A stretch of 32,000 nucleotides of DNA from Sinorhizobium meliloti (GTDB lineage Bacteria; Pseudomonadota; Alphaproteobacteria; Rhizobiales; Rhizobiaceae), in assembly GCF_017876815.1 (NCBI RefSeq), contig NZ_JAGIOS010000001.1:1350001-1382000 (forward strand), written 5' to 3'. The notes beneath the pieces were generated by a model. The model saw only the letters and a list, made by a program, of their open reading frames with translations, did no database searches and was not told the DNA's origin. The position numbers and the translations under genes were made by a program. This document shows positions 9,294-19,685 of this stretch, in pieces (the first letter of the stretch is position 1; each line of letters begins with the position of its first letter).

Positions 9294-9309
9294 TGATTCA
9301 CGTGAAACG
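9294..9309. promoter_or_regulatory. parS: parS site c
   Basis: TGATTCACGTGAAACG, 14/16 match. It contains GATTC. It lies in the rho-mnmE intergenic region. Confidence 0.72.
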
Positions 9310-9508
9310 CCGGGGAGATGCGCCCGAAACAGGGCGGCACTTGATTTCGAGCTCGGCTCGGTGCATAAGGCCGCTTCGCTTTAGCCCGACGAGCGTCGCA
9401 CAATTGCGCTTCCGATTGGCTCTGCCCGATTCCCAATGTTCAAGATGCCGTGATGGCGGGTATGGCCTGCGTCGAACCCTGCTCGTCATTCCGTAAACCG
9501 GTAAGCTG

Positions 9509-10828
9509 ATGCTATCCACCGATACGATCTACGCGCTTTCGAGCGGTTCGCTGCCTGCAGGAGTTGCCATTATCCGCGTGAGCGGTCCGGAGACCGCAGA
9601 TGCGCTGGTGCGACTTTGCGGAACCCTACCCCCGCCGCGCATCGCAACGCTCAGAACGATTCGGACTCGAAACGGTGAAACGCTGGATAGCGGCCTGGTG
9701 CTCTATTTTCCGACGCCGGCGTCTTTCACCGGTGAAGATTGCTGCGAATTGCAGGTTCACGGCGGACGGGCCGTGGTGAGCGCCATTCTCGACGAGCTTG
9801 CCGCAACCGGCGGCCTACGACATGCGGAGGCCGGAGAATTCGCAAGGCGGGCCTTTCAGAATGGCAAGCTGGATCTGGTCGAGGTGGAGGGGCTGGCGGA
9901 CCTGATTGCGGCAGAAACGGAAATGCAGCGTCGTCTCGCCATAGAGCAGTCCGGTGGCGGACAGTCCGCACTCTATGCCGGTTGGGCCCGACGGCTGACC
10001 CATTCGCGTGCAATGATCGAGGCAGAGCTCGACTTTGCGGATGAGGACGATGTTCCGGGTTCTGTCAGCGCGGTGATCTGGGAAGATGTCGGCAGACTCC
10101 GACAGGAAATAGATGGACATATCGCGCGCGCCGGCTTGGCCGAGATCATTCGGGACGGGCTCAAGATCGTCATTGCCGGTGAGCCGAACGCAGGCAAGTC
10201 GAGCTTGCTGAACGCCCTGGCGCGAAGGGACATCGCTATCGTGACGGAGGTCGCGGGAACGACACGCGACGTACTGTCCGTGGATCTTTCCTTAGCCGGA
10301 TTCTCAGTTAAACTCTTCGATACGGCTGGGCTTCGTGAAACGGACGAGCTTGTGGAGCGGGAGGGTATTCGGAGAGCGCGGCAGGTTATCGCCGATGCCG
10401 ATCTTGTCCTCCTATTATCGGAAAAACCGGGACATTTTCGGATTGATGAGGTTCTTCCGGAAAACGTACCCGTTATTCGGGTCGCAACCAAGGTTGACCG
10501 CCCTTCGCCGAGTTGGGCTCCCTCGGATGCGGACATCTTTCTGTCCACGAGGACCGGTGAAGGCATGGCCGATCTGTTGACGGCGCTGCAGTCGCATCTC
10601 CCCGATCTGGCCGGTAGGACAGCCTTGGCGATGCCCTCGCGGAAGCGCCATGTCGATTGCCTGCGACAGGCCAGTGCGGCACTGGAGCGCAGCCTGATTT
10701 CTTCCGACCTCGAACTGCGTGCGGAGCAGCTTCGGCAAGCAGGCGATGCCCTAGGCAGGATAACCGGGCGGGTCGATGTAGAGAACCTTTTGGACGTGAT
10801 ATTCTCCGAGTTCTGTATCGGAAAGTAA
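9509..10828 (+). CDS. mnmE: tRNA modification GTPase MnmE (TrmE)
   Basis: DTIYALSS.., the G-domain motif [21 protein letters not shown], and the hallmark C-terminal FCIGK. Confidence 0.95.
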   Translation: MLSTDTIYALSSGSLPAGVAIIRVSGPETADALVRLCGTLPPPRIATLRTIRTRNGETLDSGLVLYFPTPASFTGEDCCELQVHGGRAVVSAILDELAATGGLRHAEAGEFARRAFQNGKLDLVEVEGLADLIAAETEMQRRLAIEQSGGGQSALYAGWARRLTHSRAMIEAELDFADEDDVPGSVSAVIWEDVGRLRQEIDGHIARAGLAEIIRDGLKIVIAGEPNAGKSSLLNALARRDIAIVTEVAGTTRDVLSVDLSLAGFSVKLFDTAGLRETDELVEREGIRRARQVIADADLVLLLSEKPGHFRIDEVLPENVPVIRVATKVDRPSPSWAPSDADIFLSTRTGEGMADLLTALQSHLPDLAGRTALAMPSRKRHVDCLRQASAALERSLISSDLELRAEQLRQAGDALGRITGRVDVENLLDVIFSEFCIGK

Positions 10829-10865
10829 CCCGGCCGACGATACAACGCAGGCGAGTCATTGCGCG

Positions 10866-10881
10866 CGTTTCACGTGAAACG
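10866..10881. promoter_or_regulatory. parS: parS site d
   Basis: CGTTTCACGTGAAACG is a perfect palindrome, extendable to 18 bp (GCGTTTCACGTGAAACGC, 10865..10882). It lies in the mnmE-mnmG intergenic region. Confidence 0.8.
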
Positions 10882-10945
10882 CTCTTGACTCAATCGTATG
10901 AACTGACAATCAAGGCGGAAGCCGGAAAAGGGTCTAGGCTGGAGC

Positions 10946-12823
10946 ATGTCTATGACGGACTATGATGTCATCGTGATTGGTGGAGGCCACGCGGGCTGCG
11001 AAGCTGCCTCGGCTTCTGCGCGGCTCGGCGCCCGTACGGTCCTCATTACGCATAAAATGGATACCATCGGGGTAATGTCCTGTAACCCCGCGATCGGCGG
11101 GCTGGGCAAGGGCCATCTGGTCCGGGAGATCGATGCACTCGACGGCCTCATGGGACGTGTGGCCGATGCTGCCGGCATCCAGTTCCGGCTACTCAACCGG
11201 CGCAAGGGGCCGGCAGTGCGCGGCCCACGGACGCAGGCAGATCGCAAGCTGTATCGCGAGGCAATGCAGCGGGAGATCAGCGGGATCGAAAACCTCTCGG
11301 TGATTGAAGGCGATGCCTTCGATCTATTGACAGAGGACGGTGTGGTTTGTGGCACGGCTATGAAGGACGGGCGCATCTTTCGGGCGGCAGCCGTCGTTCT
11401 TACGACCGGCACGTTTCTAAAGGGCCTCATCCATATCGGTCAGCGCAAGATTCCGGCCGGACGCGTGGGTGAGGAACCGTCTCTAGGCCTCTCCGGGACA
11501 CTGCGGCGTTTCGGCCTGCAGCTTGGCCGATTGAAGACCGGCACGCCGGCGCGCTTGGACGGGCGCACGATTGACTGGGACCGCGTCGGGCGCCAAGGTC
11601 CGGACGAAAACCCGGTTCCGTTCTCGTTCATGACCGATGCGATCATCAATCGTCAGATTGATTGCGGCGTAACGCGAACCACGGATGCAACGCACAAGAT
11701 CATCGCCGATAACATTCACCAATCCGCGATGTATTCGGGACAGATCGAAGGCGTCGGCCCACGCTATTGCCCCTCTATCGAGGACAAGATCGTTCGCTTC
11801 GGCGAGAGGGACGGTCACCAGATATTTCTGGAGCCGGAAGGACTGGACGATGACACCGTTTATCCGAACGGGATCTCGACCTCCCTTCCCGAGGATGTGC
11901 AGGACGCCTTCATTCGTACAATTCCGGGGTTAGAGCAGGTCAAGATCCTGCAGCCGGGCTACGCGATCGAGTACGACCACGTCGATCCGCGGGAGCTGGA
12001 ACTGTCCTTGGGCGTGCGCAAAATGCCCGGACTATTTCTTGCGGGGCAGATCAACGGCACAACGGGATACGAAGAGGCAGGAGCTCAGGGGCTCGTTGCC
12101 GGTTTGAATGCCGCGCTTCGCTCGATCGGCCGCGCTCCACATTTCTTCAGCCGCACCGACTCCTACATCGGGGTGATGATCGATGACCTGACTTCGCGGG
12201 GCATAACCGAACCCTATCGCATGTTCACGTCGCGGGCGGAATACAGGCTGTCGTTGCGCGCAGATAATGCGGACATGCGGTTGACTCCGGCGGGTATTAC
12301 CCTGGGATGTGTCGGCGACGCGCGCCGTCAGCGCTTCGAGGCATGGAAGCATTCCTATGAGACGGGACGCACGCTCCTCCAGTCTCTTTCAGTCACGCCA
12401 AGCGAAGGCAAGCGTTTCGGCCTGAAGCTCAATCAGGACGGACAGCGTCGGACCGCTTTCGATATCCTCTCCTACCCGGACCAGTCGATCGCCGCCTTGA
12501 AGCCGCTTTGGCCTGAACTTCAAACCATTCCTGCCGGAGTGGTCGAGGCGCTGGAGATCGATGCGGCCTATGCTGTCTACATGGAGCGTCAGGCCACTGA
12601 CATTGCCGGTGTAAGGCGGGATGAAAATACGTCCATACCGGATGATTTCGACTACGAGGTGCTTCCCGGGCTTTCGAACGAGCTTAAGCAAAAGCTGGCA
12701 CAGCACAAACCGAGGAACCTCGCCCAGGCCATGAAAGTCGATGGCGTGACGCCAGCGGCTATATCTCTCATTTTGTCTTGGCTGCGCAGGCAGGTTCGCC
12801 AAGCACAACGTGTGGGTGGGTAA
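10946..12823 (+). CDS. mnmG: tRNA uridine 5-carboxymethylaminomethyl modification enzyme MnmG (GidA)
   Basis: [18 protein letters not shown] motif, [23 protein letters not shown], and [12 protein letters not shown]. 625 aa. The start could instead be the ATG at 10952. Confidence 0.95.
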   Translation: MSMTDYDVIVIGGGHAGCEAASASARLGARTVLITHKMDTIGVMSCNPAIGGLGKGHLVREIDALDGLMGRVADAAGIQFRLLNRRKGPAVRGPRTQADRKLYREAMQREISGIENLSVIEGDAFDLLTEDGVVCGTAMKDGRIFRAAAVVLTTGTFLKGLIHIGQRKIPAGRVGEEPSLGLSGTLRRFGLQLGRLKTGTPARLDGRTIDWDRVGRQGPDENPVPFSFMTDAIINRQIDCGVTRTTDATHKIIADNIHQSAMYSGQIEGVGPRYCPSIEDKIVRFGERDGHQIFLEPEGLDDDTVYPNGISTSLPEDVQDAFIRTIPGLEQVKILQPGYAIEYDHVDPRELELSLGVRKMPGLFLAGQINGTTGYEEAGAQGLVAGLNAALRSIGRAPHFFSRTDSYIGVMIDDLTSRGITEPYRMFTSRAEYRLSLRADNADMRLTPAGITLGCVGDARRQRFEAWKHSYETGRTLLQSLSVTPSEGKRFGLKLNQDGQRRTAFDILSYPDQSIAALKPLWPELQTIPAGVVEALEIDAAYAVYMERQATDIAGVRRDENTSIPDDFDYEVLPGLSNELKQKLAQHKPRNLAQAMKVDGVTPAAISLILSWLRRQVRQAQRVGG

Positions 12824-12831
12824 GGTATACA

Positions 12832-13473
12832 ATGCAAGCGAGTCTCACTCAGGCACTGAACGGATTGCGTGTTTCACGTGAAACGGTTCAAAAGCTCGAA
12901 CATTTTGCCTCCCTTTTCCAGAAATGGGCGCGATCGATCAACCTCGTCGCGCCGTCGACGCTAGAGGATTTATGGCGGCGCCATATCCTCGATAGTCTCC
13001 AGCTTTACCAACTCTCCCCTGGGCCGAAGACCTGGGTCGACCTCGGAAGCGGCGGCGGATTTCCCGGGGTCATTACGGCGATTTGCCTCTCGGAGGCAGA
13101 GGGCGGATGGGTCCATCTGGTGGAGAGTAATAACAAGAAGGCCGCATTCTTGCGCGTTGCGCTGAGGGAAACCGGAGCCAGGGGTTCCGTTCATCCGATT
13201 CGAATCGAGGCAGCGCCCGCCGAAATCCCGAGTTGCGACGCGATTTCGGCGCGTGCGCTCGCCGATCTGAGCCAATTGCTCGACTATTGTGCTCCATGGA
13301 TGCTCGCTGAAGGCTCCGGAACGGTCGCTTTCTTTCACAAAGGGCGGGATTATCAGCAGGAAGTCGACAAAGCCGTTAGCCGCTTTCAATTCGATCTGAT
13401 AAAACATGCAAGTGTCGTCGAGCCGGATTCGGTTGTGCTCGAGATTGCAAATCTTTCACGTCGGACGAAGTGA
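12832..13473 (+). CDS. rsmG: 16S rRNA (guanine527-N7)-methyltransferase RsmG (GidB)
   Basis: WRRHILDSL and [13 protein letters not shown]-binding motifs. I chose the ATG at 12832, 8 nt after the mnmG stop, over the ORF maximum at 12778, which overlaps mnmG. Confidence 0.9.
   Translation: MQASLTQALNGLRVSRETVQKLEHFASLFQKWARSINLVAPSTLEDLWRRHILDSLQLYQLSPGPKTWVDLGSGGGFPGVITAICLSEAEGGWVHLVESNNKKAAFLRVALRETGARGSVHPIRIEAAPAEIPSCDAISARALADLSQLLDYCAPWMLAEGSGTVAFFHKGRDYQQEVDKAVSRFQFDLIKHASVVEPDSVVLEIANLSRRTK
12870..12885. promoter_or_regulatory. parS: parS site e
   Basis: TGTTTCACGTGAAACG, 15/16 match. It lies inside the rsmG 5' region and encodes V-S-R-E-T. Confidence 0.8.
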
Positions 13474-13487
13474 TAGGCGAGCGAAAC

Positions 13488-14282
13488 ATGTTTGGCCCAA
13501 AGAATCGGATTATCACTATTGCCAATCAGAAGGGCGGCGTCGGCAAAACGACGACGGCCATCAATCTTGCGACGGCGCTCGCCGCCATCGGCGAAAGGGT
13601 GCTGATCGTCGATCTCGATCCGCAGGGCAATGCCAGCACCGGGCTCGGGATCCAGCGTCGTGCCCGGCATCTGTCTTCCTATGAGTTGATGATGGGGACC
13701 CATTCCATCGGCCAGATTGCACAGGATACGGCGGTGCCGAATCTTGCCATCGTGCCTTCGACCATGGATCTGCTCGGCGTCGAAATGGAAATTTCCAAGG
13801 AATCGGACCGCGTCTTCAGGCTTCGAAAGGCTTTGGCTTCGGTGGATGCCCTCGCCTATTCCTATGTGCTGGTAGACTGCCCGCCCTCCTTCAATCTCTT
13901 GACGATGAATGCGATGGCGGCGGCGCATTCGGTTCTCGTGCCATTGCAGTGCGAGTTTTTTGCGCTTGAAGGCTTGAGCCAGCTGTTGGAGACGGTGGAT
14001 CAGGTGCGGCAGACGGTCAATCCGGGCCTCGATATCCAGGGTATCGTACTGACTATGTTCGATTCCCGGAACAATCTCGCCCAGCAGGTCGTCAGCGACG
14101 TCCGCTTGCACTTGGGGGATAAGGTTTATCATACCCTCATTCCCCGCAATGTGCGGGTGTCCGAGGCACCTTCCTATGGCAAGCCGGCCATTCTCTATGA
14201 CCTTAAATGCGCCGGAAGTCAGGCTTATCTCCAGTTGGCCTCGGAAGTCATTCAGCGCGAAAGGCAGCGGAAGGCCGCCTAA
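13488..14282 (+). CDS. parA: Chromosome partitioning ATPase ParA
   Basis: IITIANQKGGVGKTTTAINLA deviant Walker A, and VLIVDLDPQGNAS. ATG at 13488; an alternative GTG at 13470 overlaps the rsmG stop. Confidence 0.95.
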   Translation: MFGPKNRIITIANQKGGVGKTTTAINLATALAAIGERVLIVDLDPQGNASTGLGIQRRARHLSSYELMMGTHSIGQIAQDTAVPNLAIVPSTMDLLGVEMEISKESDRVFRLRKALASVDALAYSYVLVDCPPSFNLLTMNAMAAAHSVLVPLQCEFFALEGLSQLLETVDQVRQTVNPGLDIQGIVLTMFDSRNNLAQQVVSDVRLHLGDKVYHTLIPRNVRVSEAPSYGKPAILYDLKCAGSQAYLQLASEVIQRERQRKAA

Positions 14283-14314
14283 TCGTTTCGGTATCGTAAT
14301 TAATTGGGTGTCAG

Positions 14315-15205
14315 ATGAACGACGACAGCTCCAAGAGGCGTCTGGGTCGCGGCCTTGCCGCTTTGATCGGCGAAATGGATCAGCCGCTGCACACCGGCGC
14401 TGCTCCCGCCGCCACCATCAGCGCCGATCGGCGGATCCCGATCGAGTTCGTTTCCCGTAACCCTCGCAACCCCCGCCGGCAGTTCGATGAGGCCGAGCTC
14501 CAGGACCTTGCAAGCTCGATCCGTCAGCACGGGATCGTTCAGCCGGTCGTCGTGCGCACCATCGGTCACGAACGATATGAGATCATCGCCGGCGAAAGGC
14601 GCTGGCGCGCGGCGCAACTTGCCGGCTTCACCGAAATACCGGTCATCGTGCGCGATGTCGACGACAGGACGGCGCTCGAAATCGCCATCGTCGAGAATGT
14701 TCAGCGCTCCGACCTCAATCCCCTCGAAGAGGCCCTGGGCTACGAGCAACTGATCGCGGAACACGGCTACACGCAGAACGATCTCGGCGACATCATCGGC
14801 AAGAGTCGAAGCCATGTTGCGAACAGCCTGCGCCTTCTGAAGCTGCCGGAGCCCGTGCGCGACATGCTTTCCGATGGCAGCCTTTCCGCGGGCCATGCCC
14901 GCGCGCTTATACCCACATCGGACCCGGTGGCATTGGCGCGCGCGGTCGTCTCGAAGGGTCTCTCGGTTCGCGAGGCCGAACGGCTGGCGCAGAACGACAT
15001 CAAGTCGCAGAACGATCCCAACTACGCAAAGGGCCGCCAGCGCGAGGAAAAGGACGCCGATACGCTGGCGCTGGAGCGCACCCTGTCGGATAGCCTCGGC
15101 CTCGAAGTGAGTGTCAACCACAAGGCCAGCGGCGGGCATCTCAAGATCACATATAAGACGCTCGATCAACTGGAAGAGATTTGCCGGCTGCTCGAACGGC
15201 GTTGA
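14315..15205 (+). CDS. parB: Chromosome partitioning protein ParB (parS-binding CTPase)
   Basis: RRLGRGLAALI N-terminal motif, the GERRWRAA arginine patch, and HTH region LGDIIGKSRSHVANSLRLL. 296 aa. Confidence 0.95.
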   Translation: MNDDSSKRRLGRGLAALIGEMDQPLHTGAAPAATISADRRIPIEFVSRNPRNPRRQFDEAELQDLASSIRQHGIVQPVVVRTIGHERYEIIAGERRWRAAQLAGFTEIPVIVRDVDDRTALEIAIVENVQRSDLNPLEEALGYEQLIAEHGYTQNDLGDIIGKSRSHVANSLRLLKLPEPVRDMLSDGSLSAGHARALIPTSDPVALARAVVSKGLSVREAERLAQNDIKSQNDPNYAKGRQREEKDADTLALERTLSDSLGLEVSVNHKASGGHLKITYKTLDQLEEICRLLERR

Positions 15206-15222
15206 AGTACAAACTCAACGCC
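15198..15222. terminator. Hairpin spanning the convergent parB and holA stop codons
   Basis: ggcgttga (15198-15205) / tcaacgcc (15215-15222) form an 8-bp stem with a 9-nt loop. The parB TGA (15203-15205) and the holA TGA (complement of 15215-15217) lie in the two arms. There is no U tract. Confidence 0.3.
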
Positions 15223-16246
15223 TCGCCGACTGGATGGTGATCGCCAGGAGATTCTGGATCACCAGGCTTTCCTCGAGGCTCTGGCGGCTGCGGCTTTGAT
15301 AGATCGTCGCCTGCAGGCGGCCCAATTCGCGTCGAATCGCCGGCCCGGTCCAGTGTTTCAGCGCCGCCTCGACAACCGGCTTGCGGCGGAAGTGCAGGCC
15401 GCGGCCGAGGCTTGCGACGACCTGGCCCGCAGACTGGCGGCTCGCATCCATTTCGGCTCGCATCACGTCGAGCTGCTGGAATTGCCTGAGGCAGGCCTGA
15501 AGCACCAGGAAAGGCGGCGTCTTGGATGTCGTGATCTTCTTCATCGCATGCAGCAGCGCGTCGGCGTCGCCCTTCAACACCGCATCGACCGCATCGTCGA
15601 CCGAAATGGCGCTGGCGTCGCCGACGATACCGAGGACGTCATCCTCATCGACCATATCCTTGCCGCGGCAATAGAGGGCGAGTTTGCGAAGCTCGTTGCG
15701 CGAAGCCATGCGGTCGCCCCCGAGCGCCTCGACGAGGCGTTCGCGCGCGGCGGGACCGATGCGCAGGCCCGCTTCCGAAAGTTCCGTGTCGACAAGTGCC
15801 TGCAGGCCCCTGATGTCGTCGCTGTAGCAGGCGATCGAAGCGACGGAGCGGGAAGTCTCGCCAACCTTCCTGAGCGCCGCCCCCTTCTTGAGGTCGCCGG
15901 CTTCGACGATGAGACGGGCGCCGGCCGGGGGATCGGCCGCGAGGATCTGCAGCGCTTCGGTGAGCGCCTTCTCAGCGGACGCGCCGCGCACCCAGACCAG
16001 CTTGTCGCCGCCGAACAGGCCGATGGCATTGACCTCGTCAAGCACGCTACCGGCGCCCTGCAAGGTAGCTGCGTCCAGCTTGACGACGGCGAAGGGATCA
16101 TCGAGGGGGATGCCGAAGCTGCCGGCGAGCTCGGACGCGCGTTCCGAGACGAGGCCGCGATCGGGACCGTAGAGCAGGAATAGCCGGTAGATCGCCGCAG
16201 ATCGCTGCAGGAAACTATCGAATTCGTGCGACTTGACCTCGCTCAT
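15215..16246 (-). CDS. holA: DNA polymerase III delta subunit
   Basis: 343 aa. N-terminus ..YRLFLLYGPDRGLV.. It occupies the conserved leuS-lptE-holA position, and its overall length and pattern fit HolA. Confidence 0.85.
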   Translation of the reverse strand: MSEVKSHEFDSFLQRSAAIYRLFLLYGPDRGLVSERASELAGSFGIPLDDPFAVVKLDAATLQGAGSVLDEVNAIGLFGGDKLVWVRGASAEKALTEALQILAADPPAGARLIVEAGDLKKGAALRKVGETSRSVASIACYSDDIRGLQALVDTELSEAGLRIGPAARERLVEALGGDRMASRNELRKLALYCRGKDMVDEDDVLGIVGDASAISVDDAVDAVLKGDADALLHAMKKITTSKTPPFLVLQACLRQFQQLDVMRAEMDASRQSAGQVVASLGRGLHFRRKPVVEAALKHWTGPAIRRELGRLQATIYQSRSRQSLEESLVIQNLLAITIQSARR

Positions 16247-16258
16247 CTGACGATCGGA

Positions 16259-16804
16259 TCAGCGGCCGAGGGCGGCTGCAAGGTCGGCCCCGATAATCTC
16301 CGCCAGCTCCTTGGCGGCGCGGTTCTCGCCGTCGCGCACGGCGCGAATCTTGGCGAATTCCTGCTGGGGGAAGTCGACCAAGGCGACGGCCGTCCGGTTG
16401 CCTGCCTTCACGGTCTCGCCGGTGGCGGTCTTGGTCAGGTTGTAGTCGGCCTTCACGACGATGCGGCCGGCTCCGGCGTCGTCGTCGTCATGGTCATTAT
16501 CCGTGCTCTCATAGAGCACGCCCATTGTCCGGTGCGAGACGCTAAGCGCCAGATGGTATTGCGGATTGACCGGTTCGCCCTGGCCGCGCGACGTCAGAAA
16601 GACGAGGGCATTTCGGACTTCCTGCTCGACGCGGTCGTCGGCTTCCGAAATCTCGATCGCGGCAAGCGCGATCGACGTCGAGCCAGTCGGACCGTCGGAA
16701 TAAAGGGGCCTGACCTGGCAGCCGCCGAGTGCCGCAAGCGACAATGCGCCGGCTACGAAGCCCAAGGACCGAAGACGGAAGCCAGCTATATCAGACAACG
16801 ACAT
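16259..16804 (-). CDS. lptE: LPS-assembly lipoprotein LptE
   Basis: [29 protein letters not shown] carries a lipobox (LGGC). It occupies the conserved position between leuS and holA. The ATG at 16804 overlaps the leuS 3' end by 14 nt; the longer ORF to 16903 is rejected. Confidence 0.75.
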
Positions 16805-19421
16805 TGACGATCCTCTGAGGCACGACGATGATCTTCTTCGGGCGGCCGCCGTTGAGCGCGGCCTTGACGGCATCCAGCGCGAGCACGGCGCTTTCGATCG
16901 CACTCTGATCTGCGTCGCGCGCGATTGTCAAATCGGCACGCTTTTTCCCGTTGATCTGGACCGGCAGCGTGATCTCGTTCTCGACGATGAGCGCAGGATC
17001 GAATTTCGGCCAAGGCCTCTCGGCGATGAGACCTTTGCCGCCGATCTCCCGCCAGCATTCTTCCGCAAGATGCGGCATCATCGGCGCGATCAGGTTGATC
17101 AGGATCGCGGCGGCGTCCTTTACCGCAGCAGTCAGAGCGTTGTCCGCCTTGCCGCTCGCGACCTGCGTCAGCGGGGCGGCCATGGCGTTCACCAGCTCGT
17201 AGATACGTGCGACCGCCTTGTTGAAGGCGAGCTTGTCATAGTCCGCCTCTACCGCCTTGAGCGTGCGATGTGCGGCCTGGGACACTGCAAGCCCCTCGCC
17301 TCCGCTTGCCGGCGCGGCATCGACGGCACGCAGCCTCTCCGCGGCCTCGGTCAGAAGACGCCAGACGCGCTGCACGAAGCGATGGGCGCCTTCGACGCCT
17401 GCCTCGGACCAGATGACGTCGCGATCCGGCGGCGAATCGGAGAGCACGAAGAAACGTGCCGTGTCGGCACCGTAGGAGCCGATGATGTCATCCGGGTCGA
17501 CGACGTTCTTCTTCGACTTCGACATCTTCTCGATCGAGCCGATGGCGACTTCCTCGCCGGTCTCGATGTGGACCGCGCGCCGCTGTCCGTCGACTTCCTC
17601 CACGCGGATCTCGGCGGGCGTGATCCATTCCCGCTGCGCGCCTTCGCCGCGGCTATAGGTCTCGTGGACGACCATGCCCTGCGTGAACAGCCCCTTGAAG
17701 GGCTCGTCCAGCGCCACATGGCCGGTCGCCTTCATCGCGCGGGTGAAGAAGCGCGAATAGAGCAGATGCAGGATCGCGTGCTCGATGCCACCGATATACT
17801 GGTCGACCGGCAGCCAGTGATTGGCCGCTTTCGGATCCGTCGGGTTGTCCTCCCAGGGCGCCGTAAAGCGGGTGAAGTACCAGGAGGAATCGACGAAGGT
17901 ATCCATCGTGTCGGTTTCCCGGCGCGCGTCCTTGCCGCATTGCGGGCAGGCGACGTGACGCCAGGTCGGGTGACGATCGAGCGGATTGCCGGGTTTGTCG
18001 AAGGTCACGTCCGGCGGCAGCGTCACGGGCAGATCTGCCTTCGGCACCGGAACGACGCCGCAGTCGTCACAGTGAATGACCGGGATCGGGCAGCCCCAGT
18101 AGCGCTGGCGGGAAATGCCCCAGTCGCGCAGGCGGAAATTGACCTTGCGCTCCGCGCGCGGCGTGCCGTTCAGCAGATCGTTTTCGAGCCTGGAGGCGAC
18201 GGTCTCGAACGCCTCTTCCGCCGAAAGCCCGTCGAGGAAGCGCGAATTGATCATCACGCCGTCGCCGTCATAGGCCTCGTCGCCGATCGTGAAGGTCTGC
18301 GGATCGGCATCCTTCGGCATCACCACCGGAACGACCGGCAGATCATATTTGCGGGCGAAGTCGAGGTCGCGCTGGTCGCCCGAGGGGCAGCCGAAGATGG
18401 CGCCCGTGCCGTAGTCCATCAGCACGAAATTGGCGACGTAGACCGGCAGCTCCCAGTTCGGATCGAAGGGATGCCGTGCGCGTATGCCGGTGTCGATGCC
18501 CTTCTTCTCCGCCGTTTCCAGTGCGGCGAGCGACGTGCCGGCGCGCCGGCATTCCTCGCAGAAGGCTTCGATCTCGGCGTTCTTGGCTGCGGCATCCCTG
18601 GCGAGCGGATGATCGGCGGAGATCGCCAGGAAGGAGGCGCCGAACAGCGTGTCCGGCCGCGTCGTATAGACCGTGACTTCCTTTTCCTCGCCGGGGACCG
18701 TCGCCGGATCGAGCTCCCAGCGGACCGAAAGCCCTTCTGAGCGGCCAATCCAGTTCTTCTGCATCAGCCGCACTTTTTCGGGCCACTCGTCGAGCGTGTC
18801 GAGCGCGTCGAGCAGATCCTGGCTGAAGTCGGTGATGCGGAAGAACCATTGCGTCAGCTCGCGCTGTTCAACGAGCGCGCCGGAGCGCCAGCCGCGGCCT
18901 TCTATTACCTGCTCGTTGGCAAGCACAGTATTGTCGACCGGGTCCCAGTTGACCTTCGACTGCTTTCGGTAGACCAGGCCTTTTTCCAGGAAATCGAGGA
19001 AAAGGTGCTGCTGGCGCTGGTAATATTCGGGATCGCAGGTCGCAAATTCCCGGCTCCAGTCGAGCGAAAGCCCCATGACCTTGAGCTGCGCCTTCATCGA
19101 GGCAATGTTCTGGTACGTCCAGCTCGCCGGATGGACGCCGCGCTCCATGGCGGCGTTTTCCGCCGGCATGCCGAAGGCGTCCCAGCCCATCGGGTGCAGC
19201 ACGTTGAAGCCGCGGGCGCGCTTGTAGCGGGCGACCACGTCGCCCATCGTGTAATTGCGCACGTGACCCATGTGGATCCGTCCGGATGGATAGGGGAACA
19301 TCTCCAGGACGTAATATTTGTCGCGCGGATCGTCGTTCTTCGTCTCGAAGACCTTGCCCGCTTCCCATTGGTGCTGCCAGCGCGGTTCGGCATCGCGCGG
19401 ATTATATCGTTCGGTAGCCAT
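16791..19421 (-). CDS. leuS: Leucine--tRNA ligase
   Basis: [17 protein letters not shown] (HIGH motif) and KMSKSKKN (KMSKS motif). 876 aa. Confidence 0.97.
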
Positions 19422-19685
19422 GTCTTTGTCGATGTTCCGGAAATTCTGCCGGGCGCGAGCGCCCGCGCGTGATAGCTGGCGTGACCTTCACCACGAAACG
19501 CCCCAAGCGTCAAGTTTTGAAGGATTCGCCAGGCGGTCCACTCGATTCGCAGTTCAACGAGGGCAGATGACGCCACGGCCGAGGCGAACCCGCCCGCTCC
19601 GGCTTGTGCTGGACTTGGCAAGCACCGCAAGTTTCAATAAGCCGCTAGCGAAGATGTCGAAACGATCTTGAACAGGAGCGTGGGG

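Noticed and set aside
7769-9436. 555-aa ORF antisense to rho
   Set aside because: It lies opposite an unmistakable rho gene. The product is low-complexity and rich in R, A, G, D and L, as expected for the stop-poor antisense frames of GC-rich coding DNA. It has no recognisable motifs.
9512-9520. DnaA-box-like CTATCCACC at the mnmE start codon (and TTATCCCCA at 26053..26061)
   Set aside because: These are isolated single boxes with mismatches at positions that matter. One isolated hit per several kb is within chance expectation. The second is mentioned only in the context of its intergenic region.
9722-9737. TCTTTCACCGGTGAAG palindrome in mnmE resembling an expanded parS
   Set aside because: It encodes the conserved MnmE SFTGED motif, and its central CACCGGTG is 2 bp longer than parS. 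It is most likely coincidental.
13452-13467. parS-like TCTTTCACGTCGGACG just upstream of parA
   Set aside because: Only the left half-site is intact, with 5 mismatches in total and the right half lost. It is unlikely to bind a ParB dimer.
17070-18740. 556-aa ORF antisense to leuS
   Set aside because: Same GC-rich antisense artefact; leuS on the minus strand is complete, with HIGH and KMSKS motifs.
19254-19269. CACGTG core (TTGCGCACGTGACCCA) inside leuS
   Set aside because: Six mismatches to parS outside the core; it is just an E-box-like hexamer.
19450-19465. 16-bp GC palindrome CGGGCGCGAGCGCCCG about 30 nt upstream of the leuS start
   Set aside because: The loop is too small for an RNA hairpin, GC-only palindromes are common in GC-rich DNA, and there is no supporting second copy or motif.
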